From: an uncultured Spirochaetaceae bacterium
GTDB taxonomy: Bacteria > Spirochaetota > Spirochaetia > DSM-16054 > Sediminispirochaetaceae
Direction of reading: 5' to 3'
Length of the DNA: 64,000 bases
Assembly (NCBI GenBank): GCA_964594775.1
Contig: CAZQNO010000001.1
Span: 1,195 to 65,194 of the forward strand
Positions 1 through 7,398 of the stretch are shown piece after piece. The translations under genes and the position numbers were made by a program. Every line of letters starts with the position of its first letter. Within the stretch, counting starts at the first letter, position 1. Under the pieces are notes generated by a model that ran no database searches, was not told the DNA's origin, and saw nothing but the letters and a program-made list of their open reading frames with translations.

Positions 1-386
1 CGGTTTGTTAGATGCGGTGGCAGACCGCGGGCCCTTCCCACAAAGAGTATGCGCAATTCTCTTACCGCAATGTTTCTGGGAGCCGCGGTTTTATACTGTA
101 CCTGGATAAAACCGGCCCGATCGAGCAGCGCCGCTGCTAATCGCGCATCGTAGCTGTTGAGAGAGAAGGGCTCGGGGGCCGTACGCATGCCTGTGTTCAA
201 AACGTCCGACACAGCCCGCGTGTGTGCATTTTCCTCTGCGCCGATTTGTATGGGGACGGTAAGAATCGAAAAATGGCTTAGCAAAACTATGAATAAACAA
301 CCGGGAAGAAGATGACGCCTGTGAGGCCGGGGGCGAAAAGAGATACGATGCTGCTTAGAATAAAAATGAGGGTACGAGACTGCCAT
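1..386 (-). CDS. Hypothetical (probably secreted) protein, N-terminal part only; the gene runs off the left edge of the window
   Basis: This minus-strand frame has no stop for about 128 codons from 386 down to 1. It is absent from the ORF track because its stop lies outside the window. The translation ...RRHLLPGCLFIVLLSHFSILTVPIQIGAEENAHTRAVSDVLNTGMRTAPEPFSLNSYDARLAAALLDRAGFIQVQYKTAAPRNIAVRELRILFVG... has a basic stretch followed by a hydrophobic stretch, like a signal peptide. The start is uncertain: the ATG at 386 has a poor SD, while a strong SD serves an ATG at 406 in a different frame. Confidence 0.4.
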   Translation of the reverse strand, partial: MAVSYPHFYSKQHRISFRPRPHRRHLLPGCLFIVLLSHFSILTVPIQIGAEENAHTRAVSDVLNTGMRTAPEPFSLNSYDARLAAALLDRAGFIQVQYKTAAPRNIAVRELRILFVGRARGLPPHLTN

Positions 387-457
387 ACCCTTACAGATAT
401 CGGCATTAACTCTCTCCGGTGTGAACGGCAATAGAACGACCGATAGTCTTTACCGAG

Positions 458-485
458 AAAAAAAACGTGCGTCGACGCACGTTTT
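458..485 (-). terminator. Rho-independent terminator (perfect palindrome; strong on the minus strand, weak on the plus strand)
   Basis: The hairpin ACGTGCG-TCGA-CGCACGT (465-482) is flanked by A8 (458-465) and T4 (482-485). Read on the minus strand, the stem is followed by eight U. Confidence 0.7.
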
Positions 486-700
486 CCGGCCAATATCCGT
501 ATTTACTAATTTTCATCCTGCAGATCTTACAAGCAAACGGCCCTCCAGGGGTTTTTCCCCGTCTCGCCTTTACCGGAACAATGGTGTGTGCGAACGGGGA
601 TACTCTTTGGCACGGAGACCTGCCGCATCCTTTCCGGCGGAGAGCCGGCGGCCGGTATCCATCCTCGTAGCTCTTTTATGAAAGTATTCACAAGTCTCAT
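486..700 (-). promoter_or_regulatory. Candidate structured 5' leader or attenuator (riboswitch-like, class unassigned) upstream of the partial minus-strand gene
   Basis: This is about 215 nt with no ORF. It is GC-rich and has several local hairpins on the minus strand: CCGGC-tctcc-GCCGG, GGCA-ggtctccg-TGCC, GGGG-aaaaa-CCCC, and a GGATAC...GTATCC long-range pair. The intrinsic terminator at 458-485 follows directly, then a GGAGAG SD and start codons at 406/386. This order (aptamer, terminator, RBS, gene) is the classical attenuation layout. Confidence 0.3.
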
Positions 701-747
701 GTAAAGAATAATTTTATGTTAATTCCTCCAATTTATTCTTTTTCTCG

Positions 748-776
748 TTTACATTTGCTAAGGTAATCGCTATACT
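748..776 (+). promoter_or_regulatory. Candidate sigma-70 promoter (TTTACA-17-TATACT) abutting the start codon of the kinase gene
   Basis: TTTACA lies at 748-753, followed by a 17-nt spacer and TATACT at 771-776. The ATG at 784 is 7 nt after the -10 box, so the predicted TSS coincides with the start codon. No SD is present. Confidence 0.45.
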
Positions 777-783
777 TATTCGT

Positions 784-3000
784 ATGAAAGGGGAAGAAGA
801 AAGAAGGGCCGAAAGACTGCTCATCGTCGAAGACGAGGAAGTCGTGGCCCTGCACGAACAGGTAGTTCTAGAGAGATACGGGTACGAGGTGATCACCGCC
901 AGGGATGCCGAGAGGGCCTTCAAGATACTGGAAACGGAGGACATTAATCTCATCTTGATGGATATCGACCTGGGTATGGGAAAAATGGACGGTATCGAGG
1001 CGGCCAAAATAATTTTGGCCGCCTACCGGCTGCCCCTCGTTTTTCTTACCACGCATATCGAGCCGGAAGTAGTGGAAAAGACCCAGGAAATCGCCGGCTA
1101 CGGATATATCGTAAAGGATTCGGGAGAAACGGTACTCTTAACTTCCATTAAGATGGCCTTTAAGCTCCATAGAACTTACATGGAACTGGCACAAAAGGAG
1201 AAGGAGCACCGTTTTCAGGGGCTGCTTCTGGAGTCGGTGGAGGAGGCGGTGATCGCCGCCGACAGCGAAGGCATCATTACTTATTGGAACAAAGGAGCGG
1301 AGAAACTCTACAAATGGAAGAGTGAAGAGGTAGTAGGAAGACAGATAAGAGAAATCACCGTTCCGGAAATGTCGAAGGACCAGGCCGAACAGATAATGTC
1401 TGCCATAGCGGAGGGAGAGAGCTGGGCGGGGGAATTCTTTGTCCGGGATAAAAACGAACGCCGTTTTTTCATCCACATAACCAATTCACCCATATATGAC
1501 GAGGAGGGCACTACGGCAGGCATTCTCGGCATATCCTTCGACATAAGTGAAAAACACTACATGGAACAAACCATTAGGGAAAACGAGGAGACCTTTCGGA
1601 GGCTCTTCGAATCGATGACCGTTGGCGTGGTATATCATGACAGGGGGGGGAGAATCATTCGGATGAATCCTGCGGCATCACAGATACTCGGCCGGTCGGA
1701 AGACCAGCTCATAGGGAGAGATATGCATGACCCCGTGTGGAAGGCGCTCAATGAAGACGGTGCCGAGCTGCGGGGAGAGAATTTTCCGGTGATGCGTGCG
1801 CTGAGAGAGGGAAAAAGAGTGGAACACGAGATAATGGGAATCCTGCGTTTCGATTCGCATGAACCGCTCTGGCTGAGCGTCAGCGCAATTCCGGAATATC
1901 TGGATGGAGAGGATGAACCCTTTCGGGTATTTGCGACCTTCGACGATATCGGCGCGCAAAGGGCCCTTGCGAAGGTACACGAAGAGAACAGCCGTTTTCT
2001 GCAGACGCTCTTCGATTCGATTGAAGATCTTGTATCCGTCCAGGACAGCGAGCTGAGAATACTGCGGGTGAATAAGCAGGTTCGGGATATGTATGGGGAT
2101 CGACTAGCCTTAGAGGGCGAGAAATGCTATGAGGTGTATCATAATATTGAGCATCCCTGCACCGAATGCCCGTCTCTCAAGGCGATGGAAACGGGAAAAC
2201 CGCAGCGCAGTCTTGTTTCGGCGAATCCCGGCGGTCGGCGGCGTTGGTTCGAACTAAGCGCATCGCCGGTAATCGACGAGAGCGGAGAAATACGCCGGGT
2301 GGTGGAATACGCAAGAGACATAACGGAGCGGGTGCAAGAGAAGGAGAAGGCGCAGCTGCGTCTTCAAAACAACGAGATACTGTTGAAAGAAGTTCATCAC
2401 CGAATGAAGAACAACATGAGCATAGTTGCCGGCCTCATCGGTATGAAATCCGATTACATGGAGGAAGGTGCGGGAAAAGATGTCCTCGTCGAATCGCAGG
2501 GAAGAATTCGAAGCATGCAAAAACTCTACGAACTTCTCTTTCCCTCGCAAGAGTACGACCGCTTAGATCTTTCAAAGTATCTGGAAAATATGCTGACGGA
2601 AATACGAAAGGTATATGCGGACAGAAGGATAGCGATTGAATTTTCACAAAAGTCGATGACAATAAATGCGGAAAGAGCGGTCCCTATTGGAATTATTGTG
2701 AATGAGTTGGTGGTAAATGCGGTGAAATATGCGTTCCCGGATGGGCAAAAAGGCCGCATAGAGATCAGCCTCGATCGCAGCGAAGACGGTTCACTCGTAC
2801 TGGAGATAAAGGACAACGGCATTGGTCTGCCGCAGAACGTGGAGGAGAAGAAAAATACGGGTTTCGGCATAAAAATTGTCGAAGCCTACGTGCAGCAGCT
2901 GCAGGGTACCATCGAAATGAAAAACGGAGAGACCGGAGGCGCCGTGTTCCGCCTCCTCTTTCCGGAAAAATATATTGAAAAGCGGTCGCACTGCTCATGA
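784..3000 (+). CDS. Hybrid sensor: response-regulator receiver + 3 PAS-like modules + HisKA_2-type histidine kinase
   Basis: The N-terminal REC domain shows LLIVEDEEVV...LILMDIDLG...K. PAS-like repeats follow (e.g. AVIAADSEGIITYWNKGAEKLYKW). The H-box EVHHRMKNNMSIVAGLI is typical of HisKA_2. HATPase_c motifs are NELVVNAVKYAF, DNGIGLP and GFGIKIV. Confidence 0.9.
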   Translation: MKGEEERRAERLLIVEDEEVVALHEQVVLERYGYEVITARDAERAFKILETEDINLILMDIDLGMGKMDGIEAAKIILAAYRLPLVFLTTHIEPEVVEKTQEIAGYGYIVKDSGETVLLTSIKMAFKLHRTYMELAQKEKEHRFQGLLLESVEEAVIAADSEGIITYWNKGAEKLYKWKSEEVVGRQIREITVPEMSKDQAEQIMSAIAEGESWAGEFFVRDKNERRFFIHITNSPIYDEEGTTAGILGISFDISEKHYMEQTIRENEETFRRLFESMTVGVVYHDRGGRIIRMNPAASQILGRSEDQLIGRDMHDPVWKALNEDGAELRGENFPVMRALREGKRVEHEIMGILRFDSHEPLWLSVSAIPEYLDGEDEPFRVFATFDDIGAQRALAKVHEENSRFLQTLFDSIEDLVSVQDSELRILRVNKQVRDMYGDRLALEGEKCYEVYHNIEHPCTECPSLKAMETGKPQRSLVSANPGGRRRWFELSASPVIDESGEIRRVVEYARDITERVQEKEKAQLRLQNNEILLKEVHHRMKNNMSIVAGLIGMKSDYMEEGAGKDVLVESQGRIRSMQKLYELLFPSQEYDRLDLSKYLENMLTEIRKVYADRRIAIEFSQKSMTINAERAVPIGIIVNELVVNAVKYAFPDGQKGRIEISLDRSEDGSLVLEIKDNGIGLPQNVEEKKNTGFGIKIVEAYVQQLQGTIEMKNGETGGAVFRLLFPEKYIEKRSHCS

Positions 3001-3995
3001 AGGTTCTCTTAAGCGGTGCCGACGGTTTTCTCGGTTCTCACATCGCTGCCGCACTTCATGCGAAGGGCCATGATATACGGGCCCTTATACAGCCGGGAAG
3101 GAATACCCGGGTAATCGACGAGCTGCCGGTGGAGCGCTTCATCGGCGACCTCACCGAACGGAGAGATATTGCCGAGGCGGTGAAGGGCTGCGATGCACTT
3201 ATCAACACCGCCGCCTCAACTTCCGTGTGGCCATCGAGAGCGAAAGAAATCTGGAAAATAAACTACGCTGCCGTTCGCCTCCTCGCCGATGCCGCTCTCG
3301 CTGAGAAACTCAAGGTCTTCGTGCACATCGGTACGGCAAATTCCTTCGGACCGGGATCGAAGGAAGAACCGGGTTCCGAAGAAAACCCCTTTCGTGACGG
3401 TAAATACGGTCTCGATTATATTGACTCGAAAAGAGGTGCTCAGGAACTTCTCCTGCGATACCACAAAGAAGAAGGGCTGCCGGTTAAGATTATCAATCCT
3501 AGCTTCATGCTGGGTCCGAAGGACACGAAACCCGGTTCCGGGCAGATGATCATCTCCGTTGCAGAGGGACGGGTGCCGGGCTACACGGCGGGCGGAAAGA
3601 ACTATATTCATGTAAGAGATGTCGCGGACGCGGCGGTTTCGGCCCTCGAAAACGGAGAGACGGGGCAGTGCTATTTAGCGGCGAACCGAAACATGAGCTA
3701 TCGAGAAGCCTTTGAGTGTATTGCAGAAACCGTAGGCTGCAGGGCGCCGAAGCTGCCGATCCCTCCGTCGGCTGCGGTGTGTATCGGCGCCATAGGATCG
3801 TGCGTCGGAAGAATAACGGGAAAGGCGCCGATGCTCTCGCTGCCGATGGCCCGGCTTGCAAACGCTTCGTGCTACTACAGCGGGGAAAAGGCGAGGAGGG
3901 AGCTTGGCATGCCCCGGCGATCCATAGAGGATGCGGTGAGGGAGGCATACCAATGGTTTCTAGAGAATAATTATCTAAAAGGTGACAGCGAATGA
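2997..3995 (+). CDS. NAD-dependent epimerase/dehydratase family protein (extended SDR)
   Basis: The N-terminal Rossmann motif is MKVLLSGADGFLGSHIA, and length and pattern fit an extended SDR. Its ATG overlaps the kinase stop (ATGA at 2997-3000). Confidence 0.85.
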   Translation: MKVLLSGADGFLGSHIAAALHAKGHDIRALIQPGRNTRVIDELPVERFIGDLTERRDIAEAVKGCDALINTAASTSVWPSRAKEIWKINYAAVRLLADAALAEKLKVFVHIGTANSFGPGSKEEPGSEENPFRDGKYGLDYIDSKRGAQELLLRYHKEEGLPVKIINPSFMLGPKDTKPGSGQMIISVAEGRVPGYTAGGKNYIHVRDVADAAVSALENGETGQCYLAANRNMSYREAFECIAETVGCRAPKLPIPPSAAVCIGAIGSCVGRITGKAPMLSLPMARLANASCYYSGEKARRELGMPRRSIEDAVREAYQWFLENNYLKGDSE

Positions 3996-4792
3996 GTTTT
4001 CGAGGAAAGAGCGTCCTCATTACCGGGGGCGGCAAGGGAATAGGGAGGGAAACCGCGCGCCTCTTTGCAGAAGAGGGAGCGAAACTCTTCATTACCGGGA
4101 GGGATTTAGCTGCCCTCGAAGCAACCGCTGCCGAACTCGGTTCATCAAAAGCTGCGGTTTTTCCGCTAGAGGCCGACGTGCGCGAACAACAGGAGTGCCG
4201 AAAGACGATAGACTACGTACGAGAGAAGGCGGGACGCTTAGATGTGTTGATAAACAACGCCGGCATGTCGATGCGCGGCCGCTTCGAGGAACTAGATCCG
4301 CAGCTTATAAGAACGATGATGGAGATCAACTATCTCGGCTCGGCCTATACCGCCTATTACGCTCTTCCGCTGCTGAAGGAGGCGAAGGGCAGCATCGTCT
4401 TTATCTCGAGCCTGTCGGCCCTGCGGGGTCTTCCCTTTATCGGACCCTACGGGGCGAGCAAGCGAGCGCTGCAGGGGCTTGCCCAGTCGATGCGCTTCGA
4501 ACTAGGGAAGGACGGAGTGCATGTGGGAATACTGCACGTAGGATTTACCGAAAACGATCCGAATAAGAAGATCTATGCGAAGGACGGCAGTCTCGTGCCG
4601 CTGCAGCGCAGCCGAAACAGCTCCACACAGAGGGATGTGGCTCGCGCGGTCCTTCGCTGCGTAAAAAAGAGAAGGAAAGAGATGGTGCTGACCCCTGCGG
4701 GACACACCGCCGATATTCTGTATCGGTTTTTTCCCCGGCTTTCCGACTTTCTCATCTCCCGATTCGCCGATAGAAGCGGCAGGTATTCATGA
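3992..4792 (+). CDS. SDR family oxidoreductase (classical short-chain dehydrogenase)
   Basis: It carries VLITGGGKGIGRE (TGxxxGxG), NNAG, and the catalytic YGASKRAL (YxxxK). There is an ATGA overlap with the upstream gene. Confidence 0.9.
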   Translation: MSFRGKSVLITGGGKGIGRETARLFAEEGAKLFITGRDLAALEATAAELGSSKAAVFPLEADVREQQECRKTIDYVREKAGRLDVLINNAGMSMRGRFEELDPQLIRTMMEINYLGSAYTAYYALPLLKEAKGSIVFISSLSALRGLPFIGPYGASKRALQGLAQSMRFELGKDGVHVGILHVGFTENDPNKKIYAKDGSLVPLQRSRNSSTQRDVARAVLRCVKKRRKEMVLTPAGHTADILYRFFPRLSDFLISRFADRSGRYS

Positions 4793-5535
4793 TTTCCACC
4801 GATTCCCTTCCCCCGGCCGAGTTTATTCTTGCCATCCTCACCCTTGCCCTCGGCTATCTGCTGTACTGGTTCGGGCCTTCCTTCGCTCCGCTAAAAAGGC
4901 TTGCAGAGGCGATGGAAAATGCCACAAAAGAGGACCTGAAGCGGCAGGAGCTGGAGATCTACCTGCAGAAGCTTCTCGGGTTCTTTCTGCTCGGCCTCTT
5001 GCCTGCCGTGGTGATATGGGTATTTCTTCCCCGGGGTCTTGTCGACTATGGTATAGGACTAAAAATGGAGATGAAAACGCTCTATTGGTTTCTCGGTCTT
5101 TCCGCAGCGAGCGTCATTTTCATTGCAGTGCGGCCGGAGAAATCACTAGACGACCAATCCTACCCTCAGGTGAGGGCTTCGAATTGGCATCCAAAAAGAG
5201 TTGCGCGAAACAGCCTGGTCTGGGCCCTCTACCTTCTCGGCTACGAGTTTGCCTTTCGCGGACTGCTCTTCTTCTCCTGTCTCAGGCTTTTCGGCTTCTG
5301 GAGTGCTCTTCTGATAAATGTCCTCGCCTATACCTATGCGCACATACCGAAGAACTTTCAAGAGAGTATCGGCGCATTTGTGTACGGTATACTCCTGTGC
5401 ATCGTTGCCTACGAGACCTCCTCCTTCTGGATTCCCTTTTGGGTTCATCTTATTCTGGCTCTGGGAAACGATTATACCGCCGTTGCGAAAAGTACCGGCA
5501 TGCGGTTTTTTGCACAGGAGAAAGATAAGGGGTAA
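4789..5535 (+). CDS. CPBP (CAAX protease/Abi-like) family intramembrane protein with degenerate catalytic motifs
   Basis: It is a multi-TM protein. GYEFAFRGLLF aligns to the EExxxR motif with the first Glu replaced by Tyr. AYTYAH aligns to FxxxH. VHLILALGND aligns loosely to HxxxN. There is an ATGA overlap with the SDR gene. Confidence 0.6.
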   Translation: MISTDSLPPAEFILAILTLALGYLLYWFGPSFAPLKRLAEAMENATKEDLKRQELEIYLQKLLGFFLLGLLPAVVIWVFLPRGLVDYGIGLKMEMKTLYWFLGLSAASVIFIAVRPEKSLDDQSYPQVRASNWHPKRVARNSLVWALYLLGYEFAFRGLLFFSCLRLFGFWSALLINVLAYTYAHIPKNFQESIGAFVYGILLCIVAYETSSFWIPFWVHLILALGNDYTAVAKSTGMRFFAQEKDKG

Positions 5536-5550
5536 TTTCACCCCTCACCC

Positions 5551-5579
5551 TTGACAGAAACGGCTGTTTTCGATAGTTT
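5551..5579 (+). promoter_or_regulatory. Candidate sigma-70 promoter for tRNA-Tyr (TTGACA-17-TAGTTT)
   Basis: TTGACA lies at 5551-5556, followed by a 17-nt spacer and TAGTTT at 5574-5579. The tRNA 5' end is at 5594. Confidence 0.5.
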
Positions 5580-5593
5580 CAAGCTCGTGTAGC

Positions 5594-5675
5594 GGGGAGG
5601 TTCCCGAGCGGTCAAAGGGGGCAGACTGTAAATCTGTTGGCTCAGCCTTCGAAGGTTCGAATCCTTCTCTCCCCA
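5594..5675 (+). tRNA. tRNA-Tyr (anticodon GUA), class II with long variable arm; CCA not encoded
   Basis: The acceptor stem pairs GGGGAGG with TCTCCCC. The D-arm is CCCGAGCGGTCAAAGGG. The anticodon loop is CTGTAAA. There is a long variable arm, and the T-arm is GAAGGTTCGAATCCTTC. From memory, the sequence closely resembles E. coli tRNA-Tyr. Confidence 0.93.
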
Positions 5676-5690
5676 AAAGTTACATTGCCG

Positions 5691-5724
5691 GCCGCCTTTT
5701 AAGAAGAAAGGCGGCTTTTTTTTT
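5691..5724 (+). terminator. Rho-independent terminator after tRNA-Tyr
   Basis: The stem pairs GCCGCCTTT (5691-5699) with AAAGGCGGC (5707-5715) around a 7-nt loop, and is followed by T9 (5716-5724). Confidence 0.85.
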
Positions 5725-5774
5725 CCTTCAATTACGGTTATACTAAAGAAAGATCGTCTAAACGGAGGATTGCC

Positions 5775-6239
5775 ATCAACCTGTCTGTTCCTTTTTTCGC
5801 ATCGGGACTGCGCTTCAGCTGCCAAAGATGTGGAGCCTGTTGCCGGCATACGCCGGGCTTCGTGTTTCTTTCACGGACCGATCTGCAGCGCCTCTGCGAT
5901 GCCTTGTCTTTGCAGGAAGATGAATTGAAAAGCAGATACTGCCGAATAGTCACCATCGACGGCCGCCGCATAAGGATGAGTCTTATAGAAAAACGGAACT
6001 ACGACTGTATTTTCTGGAGCGAAGAGGGCTGCGAGGTCTACGCGGCGCGTCCGTTTCAATGTAGGAGCTTTCCCTTCTGGAGCAGCATAGTCGACGACAG
6101 GGAACACTGGGAGGAACAGGGCCGTTCCTGCCCCGGTATAAACGAAGGCGATCTCCACAGCAGTTCGGAAATAGAACGGTGGCTCACCTTGAAGGGTGAA
6201 GAAGACTATCACTACCTATCCGCTGAGGAGAGGGCATGA
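5775..6239 (+). CDS. YkgJ-family cysteine-cluster protein (CxxCxxCC; putative Zn/Fe-S binding); start codon non-canonical and uncertain
   Basis: The family-defining motif FSCQRCGACC is encoded at 5814-5843, upstream of the first GTG (5862) used by the ORF track. The frame is open from 5703 but has no ATG/GTG/TTG before 5862. A GGAGG SD at 5764-5768 sits 6 nt before an in-frame ATC (5775), and an in-frame CTG is at 5781. Confidence 0.7.
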   Translation: MNLSVPFFASGLRFSCQRCGACCRHTPGFVFLSRTDLQRLCDALSLQEDELKSRYCRIVTIDGRRIRMSLIEKRNYDCIFWSEEGCEVYAARPFQCRSFPFWSSIVDDREHWEEQGRSCPGINEGDLHSSSEIERWLTLKGEEDYHYLSAEERA

Positions 6240-7180
6240 TTATTCGTTTTTGGGGTGTTCGCGGTTCCTATCCCACGCCTCTTTCGCCGCAGGAGGTAAA
6301 ACGGAAGATTTCCTCGGTAATACAGCGGGTAAATCCATCTGACCTCGTTTCACAGGAGAGCCGCGAACGCTTTCTCGCCGCTTTGCCTCCCTATCTCTTC
6401 GGGACGCTGGGAGGAAACACCACCTGCGTGGAGATACGACTCTCCGACGATACGGTGATACTCTTCGATGCCGGTACGGGTATAACCCGTTTCGCCGATT
6501 CGGCAACGAAGAGGGACCGTCATATAAAGGTGTTTCACCTCTTCTTTACCCACTTTCACTGGGACCACCTGCAGGGCTTTCCCTTCTTTACCCCCCAACT
6601 CTTCGATAAGAGCTGTACTCTTCACATTTACAGTCACTACGATACTACGGAAGAGATACTTCGTGCCCAGATGAAACTACCCTATTTCCCCATTACGATG
6701 GACGCCATGCAGGCAAGGATACATTTCCATAAATTGACGGGAGATTCTCTTCGTCTCGGTCCCGCCGTGGTCACCTGGCGTAAGATGAACCACCCGGGAG
6801 ACAGCTACAGTTACAAGGTACGGGAAGGGGAGAAGGCCTGTATTTTCTCCACCGATACCGAATTAAAGGAAGAAGATTTTCAGAAAAACGAGGAAAACAT
6901 CGCATTCTACCGTGGCGTGAACATCATAGCCCTGGATACGCAATATACCCTGGATGAGGCGATAGAGAAGTACGATTGGGGGCACTCCTCCTACAGTTTA
7001 GCCGTCGACTTTGTCGCCGAATGGGGCATAAAGACCCTCGTGATGTTTCATCATGAGCCGCTCTACAACGACGCGAAGATGTACAGCATTCTCAACTCGG
7101 CAAATTGGTACAAGAGTCACTTAAAGAACACCGATCTTGAGGTCCTTCTGGCCAGTGAAGGCCTGGAGCTTGAGCTCTAA
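6236..7180 (+). CDS. MBL-fold metallo-hydrolase
   Basis: It carries the HxHxDH motif FFTHFHWDHLQGFPFF and an N-terminal IRFWGVRGSYPTP. There is an ATGA overlap with the ykgJ-like gene. Confidence 0.85.
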   Translation: MIIRFWGVRGSYPTPLSPQEVKRKISSVIQRVNPSDLVSQESRERFLAALPPYLFGTLGGNTTCVEIRLSDDTVILFDAGTGITRFADSATKRDRHIKVFHLFFTHFHWDHLQGFPFFTPQLFDKSCTLHIYSHYDTTEEILRAQMKLPYFPITMDAMQARIHFHKLTGDSLRLGPAVVTWRKMNHPGDSYSYKVREGEKACIFSTDTELKEEDFQKNEENIAFYRGVNIIALDTQYTLDEAIEKYDWGHSSYSLAVDFVAEWGIKTLVMFHHEPLYNDAKMYSILNSANWYKSHLKNTDLEVLLASEGLELEL

Positions 7181-7190
7181 GGAGGATAAC

Positions 7191-7388
7191 GTGGCGGAAT
7201 TACACGACTGGGAGCGGGTGGGTCTCTACCTCTTTCTAATGGAGAGAGAGGAAGAATTAGACGATACCCTTTTTTCCCTGTACAATAGACTGCAACGGGG
7301 ACTCAATGAAGAGTTATCGATAGAAGAAATGGAAACATTAAGGAGACTTTATGATGGAAAAGTTGATATTTTTAAAAGAAAAGGGTAA
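7191..7388 (+). CDS. Small acidic hypothetical protein (65 aa)
   Basis: AAGGAGG at 7179-7185 sits 5 nt before the GTG at 7191. The track start at 7137 lies inside the MBL gene. The product is helical and acidic (MAELHDWERV...EELSIEEMETLRRLYDG). I recognise no family. Confidence 0.5.
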   Translation: MAELHDWERVGLYLFLMEREEELDDTLFSLYNRLQRGLNEELSIEEMETLRRLYDGKVDIFKRKG

Positions 7389-7398
7389 ATTCCCCTCT

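Noticed and set aside
91-493. Track ORFs 91-300 and 287-493 on the minus strand at the left edge.
   Set aside because: ORF 91-300 is Arg-rich and unlike a real protein; the third minus-strand frame is the one that stays open to the window edge and reads like a protein. ORF 287-493 begins inside the terminator hairpin, so only its 39 codons downstream of the SD could be real; these are discussed as a separate finding.
607-624. A plus-strand sigma-54-like -24/-12 element, TTGGCACGGAGACCTGCC, lies upstream of the kinase gene. It drew attention because a bEBP is present in the window.
   Set aside because: The GG and GC dinucleotides are separated by 11 nt rather than the strictly required 10. 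The -12 region reads CCTGC instead of TTGC. The match is probably fortuitous.
540-630. A possible plus-strand cobalamin riboswitch, based on the B12-box-like GGAGACCTGCC and an upstream GGAA..GGTG..GTGCGAA.
   Set aside because: Other conserved core elements are missing (the GCCACTG-type segment and the full P3-P6 junction). The downstream gene is a sensor kinase with its own promoter abutting the ATG. The strong terminator at 458-485 works on the opposite strand. The question is left open for an Infernal scan rather than called as a feature.
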